Shown here: positions 47,907-56,936 of the stretch, piece after piece | How the letters are laid out: each line of letters starts with the position of its first letter | Position numbering within the stretch: the stretch's first letter is position 1 | IMG/VR virus record: IMGVR_UViG_3300050821_002957 | Coordinates: 62,001-126,000 of that record | DNA length: 64,000 nt | Direction: 5' to 3' (one strand) | Notes under the pieces: model-generated | The model's database searches: none | Told to the model about the DNA's origin: nothing | The model's input: the letters and a program-made list of their open reading frames with translations, nothing else | Program-made: the position numbers and the translations under genes

Positions 47907-50495
47907 CTACTTCGATACTGCTTTGACTTTGCTGAGGTTCGCAATGTTGGAAACCATGCCTTCGAGAGGGGTTCCAGCGAACATCTGAGTGAGCGTACCG
48001 GAGAGGCTTTCGCCACGAACGATGGACAACGGAGCCAGATGCTCTGCAATCTTCTCGAACATGCCTTCTTGTGCCATTCCGACCAGAGCTTCGACCAGCG
48101 CCGGTTGCACAGACTTCATGCGTACATCGCTTGCCTTGGCTTCTTCGACCAAGAGACTGATCTTACGATCCAGTTCTTGTTGAGCGACCGCCTGCTTGTG
48201 TTCGTCAGCAGCTTTGGTCGTTTCCAGATACAACGCCTGTGTTATTTTGGCGATTTCGGCTGCATCTTGCTCGCCCTTCTTGCGGAGAACAGAAGCAGCA
48301 TTTTCAGCTTCGATTTGTGCCCGATTGTTAGTAGCAGAACGAGCAACAGCATCAGCAGCGATCTTATCTTTCATCTCTGCTGTGATTGAATATTCCGTTT
48401 CAATCTGGCGTTGAACATTCTCTTTGCCCTTGACGAGCGTGAGTTTGTTTTGAGTACGTTCAAGTTCGATGGCTTCCGAAAGAATGTCTTGGCGAGACTT
48501 GGAAAGCATGTTCGCCACTTCATTGTCTCTGACCGTAATCGTGATCAATTCCAAATCGTAGACAGTCATGCCGTTTTCGGAGAAGTGCTTGAGAGGCCGT
48601 TCGCTGGTGGTTGCCTTCGTGCCCAGGACAGTATCCCGCAGAATGTTCGCTGCGTTGCTGTAAAATTCCTGGACGCCGATGTTGCGAACAGCATTGCCAA
48701 TCAGAGAGCGAAGATGATCAACCATGTACTGGACATAATTGTCAACAGAGAACCACTTGTTCTTGTCGGCTTCGTCGAACCGCACAAGATACTTAACCTG
48801 GATATCGACATTCACCAAATCCTGAGTCTTCAGGCTGATAATGTCGGACACCGGATTCGAGATGTAACGCAGATACGCCGTAGGCATACGAGTGTCATTG
48901 TTCTTCGGCTTGCCCTTCGACAAAGACAGACGTTCCAGACCTTCGTCGTATTGCAGAAGAACAGTCTGTGGACCAACGACAGTGCGCCGGTCACCTTTGC
49001 TGTTTACGACTTGAACTGCAAAACCAGACCACGGTGAAATACGAACTGCACCGTCGTACTTGGTGTTGAGCGTAATGGTGCGTGGTGGCGTGTACTTCGT
49101 ACCACGATTCATCACATCGCCAGCGAGACCCTTACCAACAGCTTCACGAACCGGATCGGAATACGAAGCTGCCATGAACGACCGAGTAGACATACGTGTG
49201 TCTTCCAAGGCCGATTCCAGGCCACGATAACTAGCCGCCGCAGGAGCAGCGCCGCCAGCATTGCCGTAGAAATTACCAGGATTAGCGTCACGAAGTTCAC
49301 GATTGATGTCCAGAACTTCTGCATTGCCAGGATAGTACAGTTCACATTCGCTGTCGCTTAACGCACGACGAACTACAACTTCCTTACGAGGGTCGGGCAA
49401 GAACATTCTCGGCCCTTCGACAAGGTTTACTTCGCCGGTCTCACGATTCAGAACATAACGACCTTCACCGGCAGGAATTGCAACGGCGAATGACTTTGCG
49501 AAACCGCCGTACATAATCGTCGAATGCTCTTCACGAGGATAATAAATCGGTTGATCTTCGCCCGTAATGAAAAGTTCTTGACCAGCGGTGTACTTCGTTC
49601 CGCCTGTCACGGTGCCGTCTTCATTGGTCACGCCGCCTTCGACATAATCGGCAATGACTTTGATGTGCATACCAGTGGTCGGCTGCAATTCTTCCGCACG
49701 AAATTTGCGAGCGCCGTCTTTGGTATAGAATTGCTGAGTGGGAGTCGGGAAAACTACATCGGGACCGATCTTGTATTCCTTGTTCCCGCTTTCACCCAAC
49801 AAGATAGCGTATTCAAGGCGTTCGAGCGTCACAGCATCACGAATGTACTTGCTGTTTTCGTCGGTTAGAACTTCGACGCCGGTAGGAGGGATATAAAAGG
49901 CAACGGCAGTTCCCTTGATAACCAAGAGTTGCCCGGTTACCAGAGTGTCTTTGTTGATGCCCAAGACATTGGTGGTTTCGACGTTTGTAGTCGTATCGTC
50001 AGTGGTTGCGCCCTTGACGACAGACTTGTCCCAATTTGCTTTTGCAGCTTCGTCGTCATAGACCCTAACCATCAAATACTGATTACTGCGAAGATGGTGG
50101 CCTTTGATGACAGTTGCGACTTGACCCGGCCACAGTGCGAACGACTTCGGCCCAGGAAGGTTTTCAATTTGGCCCATCTTGAGCGAGCCAACGGTCATTG
50201 TTTCGGTCTTGCCTGCTTCTGGCTGCTTACCAGTGGATGCAGGGTTTTCCAGAACCACATAACTGCCCTTCGGGACCAGAATGTCGGTTTGGATTGCGGT
50301 TGCTTGGTCTCGTGCGGGAACGAATTTCTTTGAATCCGCATTGTACGTTACGAGTTGATCGGTGTTGCTGAGTGACGACTTGTACGGCCCACAGTACGTG
50401 TTAATGTTGCCCTTGGTATTGTCTTGGACATACGCAAACACGCCTGGAGGAAGCACTAACTCAGTATCACGACCTTGCTTATAGTCTTCTGCCAT
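47907..50495 (-). CDS. major vault protein (MVP) homologue, full length
   Basis: Vault repeats (LPPGVFAYVQDNTKG...GP; IPAGEGRYVLNRETGEV..V.GP; AVQV......RTVVGP..V.L...E....LSLS.GKPK); shoulder (D.I..KT.D...FSV.NYV......RS.I..AV......EF..N...I.R..V.G, F.ENGM.V); long cap helix. Confidence 0.85.
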   Translation of the reverse strand: MAEDYKQGRDTELVLPPGVFAYVQDNTKGNINTYCGPYKSSLSNTDQLVTYNADSKKFVPARDQATAIQTDILVPKGSYVVLENPASTGKQPEAGKTETMTVGSLKMGQIENLPGPKSFALWPGQVATVIKGHHLRSNQYLMVRVYDDEAAKANWDKSVVKGATTDDTTTNVETTNVLGINKDTLVTGQLLVIKGTAVAFYIPPTGVEVLTDENSKYIRDAVTLERLEYAILLGESGNKEYKIGPDVVFPTPTQQFYTKDGARKFRAEELQPTTGMHIKVIADYVEGGVTNEDGTVTGGTKYTAGQELFITGEDQPIYYPREEHSTIMYGGFAKSFAVAIPAGEGRYVLNRETGEVNLVEGPRMFLPDPRKEVVVRRALSDSECELYYPGNAEVLDINRELRDANPGNFYGNAGGAAPAAASYRGLESALEDTRMSTRSFMAASYSDPVREAVGKGLAGDVMNRGTKYTPPRTITLNTKYDGAVRISPWSGFAVQVVNSKGDRRTVVGPQTVLLQYDEGLERLSLSKGKPKNNDTRMPTAYLRYISNPVSDIISLKTQDLVNVDIQVKYLVRFDEADKNKWFSVDNYVQYMVDHLRSLIGNAVRNIGVQEFYSNAANILRDTVLGTKATTSERPLKHFSENGMTVYDLELITITVRDNEVANMLSKSRQDILSEAIELERTQNKLTLVKGKENVQRQIETEYSITAEMKDKIAADAVARSATNNRAQIEAENAASVLRKKGEQDAAEIAKITQALYLETTKAADEHKQAVAQQELDRKISLLVEEAKASDVRMKSVQPALVEALVGMAQEGMFEKIAEHLAPLSIVRGESLSGTLTQMFAGTPLEGMVSNIANLSKVKAVSK

Positions 50496-50538
50496 AGTTG
50501 CTTTCCTTTTGAACAGCTTGAAAATCGGCTGCTCCCCA

Positions 50539-50568
50539 ACTATAGCTCTTCATCCAAAAAAATGTCAA
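50539..50568 (-). promoter_or_regulatory. sigma70 promoter of the MVP gene
   Basis: TTGACA-18-TATAGT; AAAGGA Shine-Dalgarno before the ATG. Confidence 0.75.
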
Positions 50569-50631
50569 CTGAAATTTTTCGCTAAATGCAAGATTCTAAT
50601 GATACATCTAGATTATTAGATGCAACTAATT

Positions 50632-50778
50632 ATGAACATCACCGATCTGCACTTTGAGATCGGGACGCAGCGAAACGTGCATGGCAGGTTCTTCGACGGT
50701 ATAGTGATCGTCATCCTCTGTGGTACTTTGGATCTGTACCGCAAGTACTATAATCGCATCCTTCGGGAGTACCTGTAA
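50632..50778 (+). CDS. 48-aa hypothetical protein divergent from MVP
   Basis: MNITDLHFEIG...; preceded by GATACATCTA and TAGATGCAACTA boxes. Confidence 0.4.
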   Translation: MNITDLHFEIGTQRNVHGRFFDGIVIVILCGTLDLYRKYYNRILREYL

Positions 50779-50927
50779 CTCTTTTCTAAGTTGAGCTACG
50801 GTCATTTCCTAATTGTTTTTAAACTCCGGTCGATGAGACTATTTAGTTATGCATACCGAATATTGCGACAACGGACACCTTTGTGTATTCCAAGAAGACG
50901 GAGCGCCGGTAATGATTTTAGAAAAAC

Positions 50928-51293
50928 CTATAGATTTTCTAATGTTATTAGGGGTGGATCAAGCAATTTGCACCGACTCGTATCCACCAGAAACTCTTGT
51001 TCTTTCGGAGCACCGTTCAATTCCAAAAGAGTGTCCAGACGAGAAAAGTCCGTCCAAATCTCACCAGGATATGACGGGTGAAGCGGAATCGTAATACCCT
51101 GTTGCTTTAGACAATCCAGATACGTGTAGCCACCAACGAACGTGTGCCAATAGACGCCTCGCCTCGGATCTTTGATGATGAGATAACAATCTTCGTCTGT
51201 CTCGCCATATCCAATGCAGCGACCCAAATCAAAACCCATCAAAATTGGTTCGTTGAAATGGAGCTTGGCTTCGTCATGAAGATTCTGTTGCAT
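50928..51293 (-). CDS. conserved phage hypothetical protein
   Basis: RCIGYGE...DCYLI...WHT.VGG motif. Confidence 0.65.
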   Translation of the reverse strand: MQQNLHDEAKLHFNEPILMGFDLGRCIGYGETDEDCYLIIKDPRRGVYWHTFVGGYTYLDCLKQQGITIPLHPSYPGEIWTDFSRLDTLLELNGAPKEQEFLVDTSRCKLLDPPLITLENL

Positions 51294-51634
51294 TAGCAGT
51301 TTCCGTGCGGCTGATCATCATCTAGTGAAGGCGACAACCAATCAAAAACGTATCGTACAAAATCGTCGGCGCTGTGTGTATCGTTCTTTTGGTCGTATGC
51401 TTCACTCAACTGAATCAACTGAGGGACTGAAATGTATTGTTGCATTTGACCTCTTTACTTATGATCGTCTACAAACATATTCAAAACTTTACTGTACGCC
51501 GGGAGTGTTATTTGATACCACTTGTCCCGATGGTATTGTGAGAGGTTCGACCAACCCGGAGCGTCCTGTGCAAACGTGTTCCGATGTTCCTCGTATGTCA
51601 ATTCGGCATAAGTGTAATCCTTGTCCATAAAATT

Positions 51635-51722
51635 TGGCGGAAGGAGAGGGAGTCGAACCCTCAAGCCCTTTCGGAACGACTCTTTTCGAGAGAGTCCCCG
51701 TCACCCATCGGTGTGCCCTTCC
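51635..51722 (-). tRNA. tRNA-Ser(CGA)
   Basis: ACTCT-CT-CGA-AA-AGAGT; long V-arm; G73; CCA. Confidence 0.9.
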
Positions 51723-51724
51723 AT

Positions 51725-52165
51725 TTAAAAAATTCCTAAAACCTTCTGGCGCTTTGCTGGTGCTTGGGACGGATTTTCCAATTTCTTCTTTGCTTCGGCC
51801 TGCCCTTTTTGAAGTCGATCAAGAGCCGCTTTGGTCTCTTGAAATTTTAACTCAGCATCGTCCATGCGCTTTTGTAGCTCATCTCGTGTCGCCTCGTGCT
51901 GACCAATGATCACATCACGATTTGTATTTCCTTCCTTGATCAAAGTTTCACGAGTTTTTTCCATCTCTACCTGGACAACTTTCGGAATCGATTTAATACT
52001 TCGATCCATGTCATCCGCAGCCACGAACAGCGAAATAACAAGAAAAACAACAATGAAAATCAGAACCGATGCCATTACTGCCGGGATTACATAAAGATAA
52101 CGCCCAATCAGATCATCGATACTAACAACAAGATTTCTCCAGACATTCAATAGCCAGCTTCTCAT
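51725..52165 (-). CDS. TM plus coiled-coil protein with late promoter
   Basis: CTAAATA then ATG at 52165; one TM segment then a coiled coil. Confidence 0.6.
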   Translation of the reverse strand: MRSWLLNVWRNLVVSIDDLIGRYLYVIPAVMASVLIFIVVFLVISLFVAADDMDRSIKSIPKVVQVEMEKTRETLIKEGNTNRDVIIGQHEATRDELQKRMDDAELKFQETKAALDRLQKGQAEAKKKLENPSQAPAKRQKVLGIF

Positions 52166-52173
52166 GTACCTAT

Positions 52174-52458
52174 TTAGTGTTTGAGAATCCAATAATGGTT
52201 ACACCAACCGTGAAGATATGACCGACGAGGCTCAGGGGCGTAGCTGTAATGAGCATCACTCCATCCGACCTTCATATACCGATTGGCAAGCTCGGCCTTG
52301 TCGTTTGTTTTGAGACCGTCACCAACTTGCTTATTGAGAAGAATAGAAATGCTACCACTGCCACCAGAATAATCCAATAAATAAGCATCGATGAAATGTT
52401 CCAAATCATCGACCAATTTTTTGTTGTACTTCGGAACGCTTTCAGGACTTGTTGCCAT
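52174..52458 (-). CDS. hypothetical protein
   Basis: 94-aa ORF in the tRNA-interspersed operon. Confidence 0.6.
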   Translation of the reverse strand: MATSPESVPKYNKKLVDDLEHFIDAYLLDYSGGSGSISILLNKQVGDGLKTNDKAELANRYMKVGWSDAHYSYAPEPRRSYLHGWCNHYWILKH

Positions 52459-52783
52459 CTACCACCCACTTCCCCGGCTGATACGAATTCTTTGATTTCG
52501 GATCAATGAAAACGATGTTGACTCGCTTCGCATTCGAGCCGCTGCCACAAAGCACATACTTTACGCCTTTGGAGTCGATCTTCATGCGAAATCCACTATG
52601 CGATTTTTGCAAAGAGCGCAGTCGAGCGTGCTTACCTTTACATCGGTTTTCATAGTATTCCATCACAATCTCTGCTGCCCAACCAGATGCTTTCGACGAA
52701 CCACAACTGATTTCCAGCGGACTTTCGCAGTCAATCTCCCAGCCGTCTTTCTCGAACATCTTGAGGGCTTCAGATGACATCAT
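52442..52783 (-). CDS. hypothetical protein
   Basis: GWEI.CESPLEI...S.ASG.AA motif. Confidence 0.65.
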   Translation of the reverse strand: MMSSEALKMFEKDGWEIDCESPLEISCGSSKASGWAAEIVMEYYENRCKGKHARLRSLQKSHSGFRMKIDSKGVKYVLCGSGSNAKRVNIVFIDPKSKNSYQPGKWVVDGNKS

Positions 52784-53013
52784 AGGTATTGACTCATTAT
52801 GTCCACGCCGTCAGCAATGAGGCGCATACCATCATCAATATGCTCGACCGCATCGTCCATCGAATTTAGAATGTCTTCCAAATCGGAAACCAGCGCCCGG
52901 AGCTTGTCACAATCATCTGTCAACTTGACCTTCATTTTTTCGATAGCTTCAAGTTGCTTCAATATTTTACTGCGTTGCTTTGCAGTCATCTTCGGCAAAC
53001 GCTCGATTCGCAT
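52780..53013 (-). CDS. coiled-coil hypothetical protein
   Basis: AAGGA Shine-Dalgarno; MRIERLPK... Confidence 0.6.
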   Translation of the reverse strand: MRIERLPKMTAKQRSKILKQLEAIEKMKVKLTDDCDKLRALVSDLEDILNSMDDAVEHIDDGMRLIADGVDIMSQYL

Positions 53014-53027
53014 AATTTCCTTTATTT

Positions 53028-53118
53028 TGGCAGAGGGAGTCGGAATTGAACCCACGCATCCCTTTTGGAGATGGCCTCCCGCTTCCAACGGGGCACATTA
53101 CCACTCTGTCATCCCTCT
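53028..53118 (-). tRNA. tRNA-Ser(GGA)
   Basis: Loop TT-GGA-AG; long V-arm; G73; CCA. Confidence 0.88.
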
Positions 53119-53121
53119 GTA

Positions 53122-53322
53122 TTATACATCTTCATGGTTTACTGTCAACGTGCATGGAACCACTTTGCACTTCTTCCAACGATTTGCACATGCCGACGCC
53201 GTATTCTTCTTGGAAAAGATTTTGGCGTCTTCTAGCGGCACCATACGATAGCTACTACAATGAAGCCAACGATTCATACTATGGTTCCAGACGACGTAAA
53301 CTTGATGCTTGACGTTCTTCAT
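53122..53322 (-). CDS. hypothetical protein
   Basis: 66-aa ORF filling the inter-tRNA gap. Confidence 0.55.
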   Translation of the reverse strand: MKNVKHQVYVVWNHSMNRWLHCSSYRMVPLEDAKIFSKKNTASACANRWKKCKVVPCTLTVNHEDV

Positions 53323-53328
53323 AAATTT

Positions 53329-53419
53329 TGGCGGAAGGTGGAGGGATCGAACCTCCGCATCCTTTTTGGGGCTGGCCTCGGTTTAGCAAACCGGCACATT
53401 GCCACTCTGTCAACCTTCC
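53329..53419 (-). tRNA. tRNA-Ser(GCT)
   Basis: Loop TT-GCT-AA; long V-arm; G73; CCA. Confidence 0.92.
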
Positions 53420-53425
53420 GTATTT

Positions 53426-53743
53426 TCAATCAAATTCTTTGTTCACAGAATACATGAACTCTAAAAAATCGGCCCAATTCATCTTGATCGACAACTTTGA
53501 TTCATCGACCCATTGAGCATGTCTACTACCTTTCTTCAACAGGTACATCCATTGTGATCCCAGAATACCCATGTCGTTCGGTTCAACTTCTACCGCCCAT
53601 CCATGCAGAATACACCACCTGTACACACGAAGAAAAATATCTTCATGCCTAGACAATGCAAATTTGAACGACGAAAGGAACGCCCAGGCCCTTCCGATGC
53701 TCGTAAACAAGACCGCCGCCAAAAATGCAAGTGCGTACATCAA
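53426..53743 (-). CDS. hypothetical protein with hydrophobic N-terminus
   Basis: 105 aa, overlapping start. Confidence 0.55.
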   Translation of the reverse strand: MMYALAFLAAVLFTSIGRAWAFLSSFKFALSRHEDIFLRVYRWCILHGWAVEVEPNDMGILGSQWMYLLKKGSRHAQWVDESKLSIKMNWADFLEFMYSVNKEFD

Positions 53744-53961
53744 ATGTCTGATGCCTTTCGTTGAGTCAAATAGTTCCGCTCGTGCTCTTTCAAATAAGCA
53801 CCGTCGATACGATTTGCAAAGACCGACTTTACTTGCCAGCCATCTTCATCCTTGAGACGCAAGTATTTATCGAGAACAGCGAACTGCTCGGGAATCCACG
53901 CAATCTGTGAGATCGTCCCCTTGGTCATCGTACATTGTCTAAAAAATTGTTGCTGTGCCAT
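53740..53961 (-). CDS. hypothetical protein
   Basis: QC...K.....AWIP..FA...R.ASDI motif; TGATG coupling. Confidence 0.6.
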   Translation of the reverse strand: MAQQQFFRQCTMTKGTISQIAWIPEQFAVLDKYLRLKDEDGWQVKSVFANRIDGAYLKEHERNYLTQRKASDI

Positions 53962-54146
53962 CACACTTTCACCAAACTTTCCAGCACCCAACCCCGAATG
54001 CCATTTAATCGTGCCTCGTAGATAGGAGCATAACCGGGTAACAAAGGTTCAGCATTGTTACGAAAAACTTGTCCCGGCTCTAGAAACACTTCTTTACTGT
54101 CTACGATTGTACCATCCCAATCTGTGTAAACTTCTTCAAGCCTCAT
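53961..54146 (-). CDS. hypothetical protein
   Basis: 61 aa, coupled to neighbours. Confidence 0.55.
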   Translation of the reverse strand: MRLEEVYTDWDGTIVDSKEVFLEPGQVFRNNAEPLLPGYAPIYEARLNGIRGWVLESLVKV

Positions 54147-54543
54147 TTAGAACCTTTAAATTCTTGTGATACGTCATGTGCTGATGAGCCTTTTCGGTTC
54201 CTTCAATCGGCCAACCACTTCCTACTTCAGTCGCCCAGCCAGGAGGACAAATCCACTTGTTACAATGTTCATCAAAGAACCAACCTTCCTTAAGCAATTC
54301 TTCGGCCATACGCTGCTCACTCAACTGTTTCTTCCAGGAGTCCACAAGCGCCATATGCTTCCGAATCCAACGCATGAAAAAGATGCCCTTGTCTTCAGCA
54401 CGAAAAATTCCTGTGCCGGTATCAGAAGCGGCGACCGGGAATTCAAATCCGTCTGCCGTCTTGTACCACAGTTCTCCCTCTCGGAAATACTGGAATGTCA
54501 CGTTCTGTTGGACTCTCTCTTTCAATGTCATATTCACTCCCAC
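54136..54543 (-). CDS. conserved phage hypothetical protein
   Basis: V.F.Y.R.G.LWY.T..GF.FPV...D.G...F...DK...FMRWIRK motif. Confidence 0.7.
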   Translation of the reverse strand: MGVNMTLKERVQQNVTFQYFREGELWYKTADGFEFPVAASDTGTGIFRAEDKGIFFMRWIRKHMALVDSWKKQLSEQRMAEELLKEGWFFDEHCNKWICPPGWATEVGSGWPIEGTEKAHQHMTYHKNLKVLNEA

Positions 54544-55178
54544 ATAATGCCACCACCATTCAGGTAGATGTCCGTATAAACTTCTTGTTCTTTCGCTCGC
54601 AACGCCTCGTCAAAATCTCTGGCGATCTGTTCCTTTATTTCTTTCTCTGCCTGCTTTCGTGTCTCAATCTCCAAAGCGATCCTCTTAAATGTTTCAAACT
54701 CGCTCTGCTGAAGCTCCGACTTACTCATCGGTGGACTCGGCTTCCGGTTCCCAATTTCAATGGCGATCTTCCGTAACGATTCAAATTCGCTCCGCTTCAT
54801 TCTCATGGTCGGAGTAATTTGGATGATTTCGTCGGGATCTTCAAGCTCTATCGCCACCACACGGAAAATTTCTTCTCGTTTCAAATTCTCCAGCATCTCA
54901 ACGAATTCTGCGTGCTCTCCAGCTTTCCTGCCGCATGTCGCACACAATCTAGTGTCTAAGCTAGGGAAAGATGACTGATCGTCATAATCAAGAAGTAGAC
55001 AATCACAGGCTTTCATTCTAGCCTCCTTTATTTCCACTTCGGTGTTCATCGGAGTCGCCAAACAAATTCCACGATGATGACATTGATCCCAGGTCGGGCA
55101 ATTTACCTGTCCCTTTGCGTCGATACAATACTTTCTCAATTGTTTTCCTTTTACATCTGGAACAACGGAGTCACCCAA
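54534..55178 (-). CDS. hypothetical protein (start uncertain)
   Basis: Internal repeat SEFESLRKIAIEI / SEFETFKRIALEI. Confidence 0.55.
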   Translation of the reverse strand: MGDSVVPDVKGKQLRKYCIDAKGQVNCPTWDQCHHRGICLATPMNTEVEIKEARMKACDCLLLDYDDQSSFPSLDTRLCATCGRKAGEHAEFVEMLENLKREEIFRVVAIELEDPDEIIQITPTMRMKRSEFESLRKIAIEIGNRKPSPPMSKSELQQSEFETFKRIALEIETRKQAEKEIKEQIARDFDEALRAKEQEVYTDIYLNGGGIMWE

Positions 55179-55525
55179 CGTTCAACCTGATACCTAGCAA
55201 AAACTACTGCACCGATCACTCTAATATTCGTCTGTGATTTTTCTTGAACTTCTCTACCATATTGTCTCATCGATCCGCCCGTTGTCCAGACATCATCGAC
55301 AATCAGTACAGTACTACTTCCCGGCGTCCAATATTTTTGCATTTTCTCGGCCAACTTCAACCCACCCCTCGGGACACCTTCACAGTAACCAAATGGATCT
55401 AGCTTCTGAAACAACAGGTACGCAATACACGTCCAATCATCGTCAGTTAGCGCATCACATTCAATTTTGTACGACGCTTCCATGCCACTTGTCAGCCGAA
55501 AACTTCCCATCTGAAAAAGATTCAT
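55151..55525 (-). CDS. type I phosphoribosyltransferase (orotate PRTase-like)
   Basis: G.F.L.SG; GVPRGG; PRPP loop VLIVDDVWTTGGSM. Confidence 0.85.
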   Translation of the reverse strand: MNLFQMGSFRLTSGMEASYKIECDALTDDDWTCIAYLLFQKLDPFGYCEGVPRGGLKLAEKMQKYWTPGSSTVLIVDDVWTTGGSMRQYGREVQEKSQTNIRVIGAVVFARYQVERWVTPLFQM

Positions 55526-55619
55526 CTCACCTTCTCCACGGCTTCGGCGCAATGATGATCAACACCAAAAGTATCGTCCAGAAAAACAACAAAATTGCAT
55601 CATCTTCTCTCATAAATTT

Positions 55620-55704
55620 TGGTAGCCAAGGACGGACTCGAACCGTCACGTCTTTCGACAACGCATTTTAAGTGCGCCGGGTCTGCCAGTTCCCCCACTC
55701 GGCC
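55620..55704 (-). tRNA. tRNA-Leu(TAA)
   Basis: GCGCA-CT-TAA-AA-TGCGT; V-arm; A73; CCA. Confidence 0.92.
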
Positions 55705-55707
55705 ATG

Positions 55708-55920
55708 TTATTTGATGATCTCGAATGGTGACAATTTATCCATTCGTGGACCCATCAAATTCTTTTGCATCCATTCGGGATCAGCAGCCATTTTCATTTC
55801 GACCAACTGATACACACGAAGCGCACTGATGATCACACGTTGCGGCGACAATTCTTTATCAACCGCCAGACCCATCAACACGCCAGCTTCACGCTCTTCA
55901 AAATCAACTGTGACTTTCAT
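55708..55920 (-). CDS. small RHH-like protein
   Basis: MKVTVDF...LA....SP..VI..AL pattern. Confidence 0.5.
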   Translation of the reverse strand: MKVTVDFEEREAGVLMGLAVDKELSPQRVIISALRVYQLVEMKMAADPEWMQKNLMGPRMDKLSPFEIIK

Positions 55921-55926
55921 AAAATT

Positions 55927-56012
55927 TGGTGGGCAAGGTGGGAGTCGAACCCACATGTCCTTACGGACGGTGGCTTTTGAGGCCACTGCGTCTGCCATTC
56001 CGCCACTCGCCC
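55927..56012 (-). tRNA. tRNA-Leu(CAA)
   Basis: GTGGC-CT-CAA-AA-GCCAC; A73; CCA. Confidence 0.93.
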
Positions 56013-56329
56013 AAACTTTTTAGTGCTCGTCGGTACGCACAGCAGCTACAACTTTCACTGCTACGCTTTCCCAGGCGGCTTTGTTTTGATCCGACAGTCT
56101 TAACCACGGACAGGTCAATCCCACGCCTGCTGCAAATGCGTCATATGCGATTTCACCCAAAGTTTTCATACATCATCTCCTGGATCAAATCTAACACATC
56201 CACAGCCATCAATCAAGCAGGGAAGATCGCACGAGCCACACATACAACACATTCGATGCTCGTCATTCCGATGTCCACACCGAACGCACAACAGCGCCCA
56301 ATATTCTTCAACCGTTTCCCACTCAGGCA

Positions 56330-56521
56330 TTATCCTTTCCGTATGCTAAAGTACCCAGGACCAAATTTTCCATTCAACACGTCAAGAATTTCATTCAACG
56401 AAACCGGCTTCCCTCGAAAATCATGACGCTCACAACTACATCCAAAGCAACAAGAAAATCCATTGCCGGGATAATCGTTTAGATGTATTTCCTTCGTCCT
56501 GTCAAATACTATTGCTTGCAT
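56330..56521 (-). CDS. hypothetical protein
   Basis: GAGGA Shine-Dalgarno, 63 aa. Confidence 0.55.
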   Translation of the reverse strand: MQAIVFDRTKEIHLNDYPGNGFSCCFGCSCERHDFRGKPVSLNEILDVLNGKFGPGYFSIRKG

Positions 56522-56539
56522 ACTTCCTCTTCAAAATTT

Positions 56540-56623
56540 TGGTGGCCCCGGAGAGATTCGCACTCTCACGTCTTTCGACACTGGTTTCTAAGACCAGCGG
56601 GTCTGCTGTTCCCCCACAGGGCC
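56540..56623 (-). tRNA. tRNA-Leu(TAG)
   Basis: CTGGT-CT-TAG-AA-ACCAG; atypical T-loop TGCGAAT; CCA. Confidence 0.9.
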
Positions 56624-56630
56624 AAAATCA

Positions 56631-56936
56631 TTAATCGTAGCTCGAAAAATCTACTCGAAGCCTCTCGAACTCGATATCCTGCCACTTCAAATTCGACAAA
56701 TCCGTCATAGATTCACCGAAGCTCACATCACAATTACATGAGCATCCACCTGAGTGGCACGAAAAAACCATTCCTTCAGCATCTACACCAATGCCTTCAT
56801 AGCAATGGTGGCCGTAACCCTCGTCCCAATTGTTGATCTCTTCTACGATGACCAACTCTTTTTCAGAACCATGATCAATAAAGGTGCTCTTCGGCAACTT
56901 GCCATAGTTCTTCTTCACATACGTCTGTATCGTCAT
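56631..56936 (-). CDS. hypothetical protein
   Basis: GAGG Shine-Dalgarno; GCSC motif. Confidence 0.55.
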   Translation of the reverse strand: MTIQTYVKKNYGKLPKSTFIDHGSEKELVIVEEINNWDEGYGHHCYEGIGVDAEGMVFSCHSGGCSCNCDVSFGESMTDLSNLKWQDIEFERLRVDFSSYD

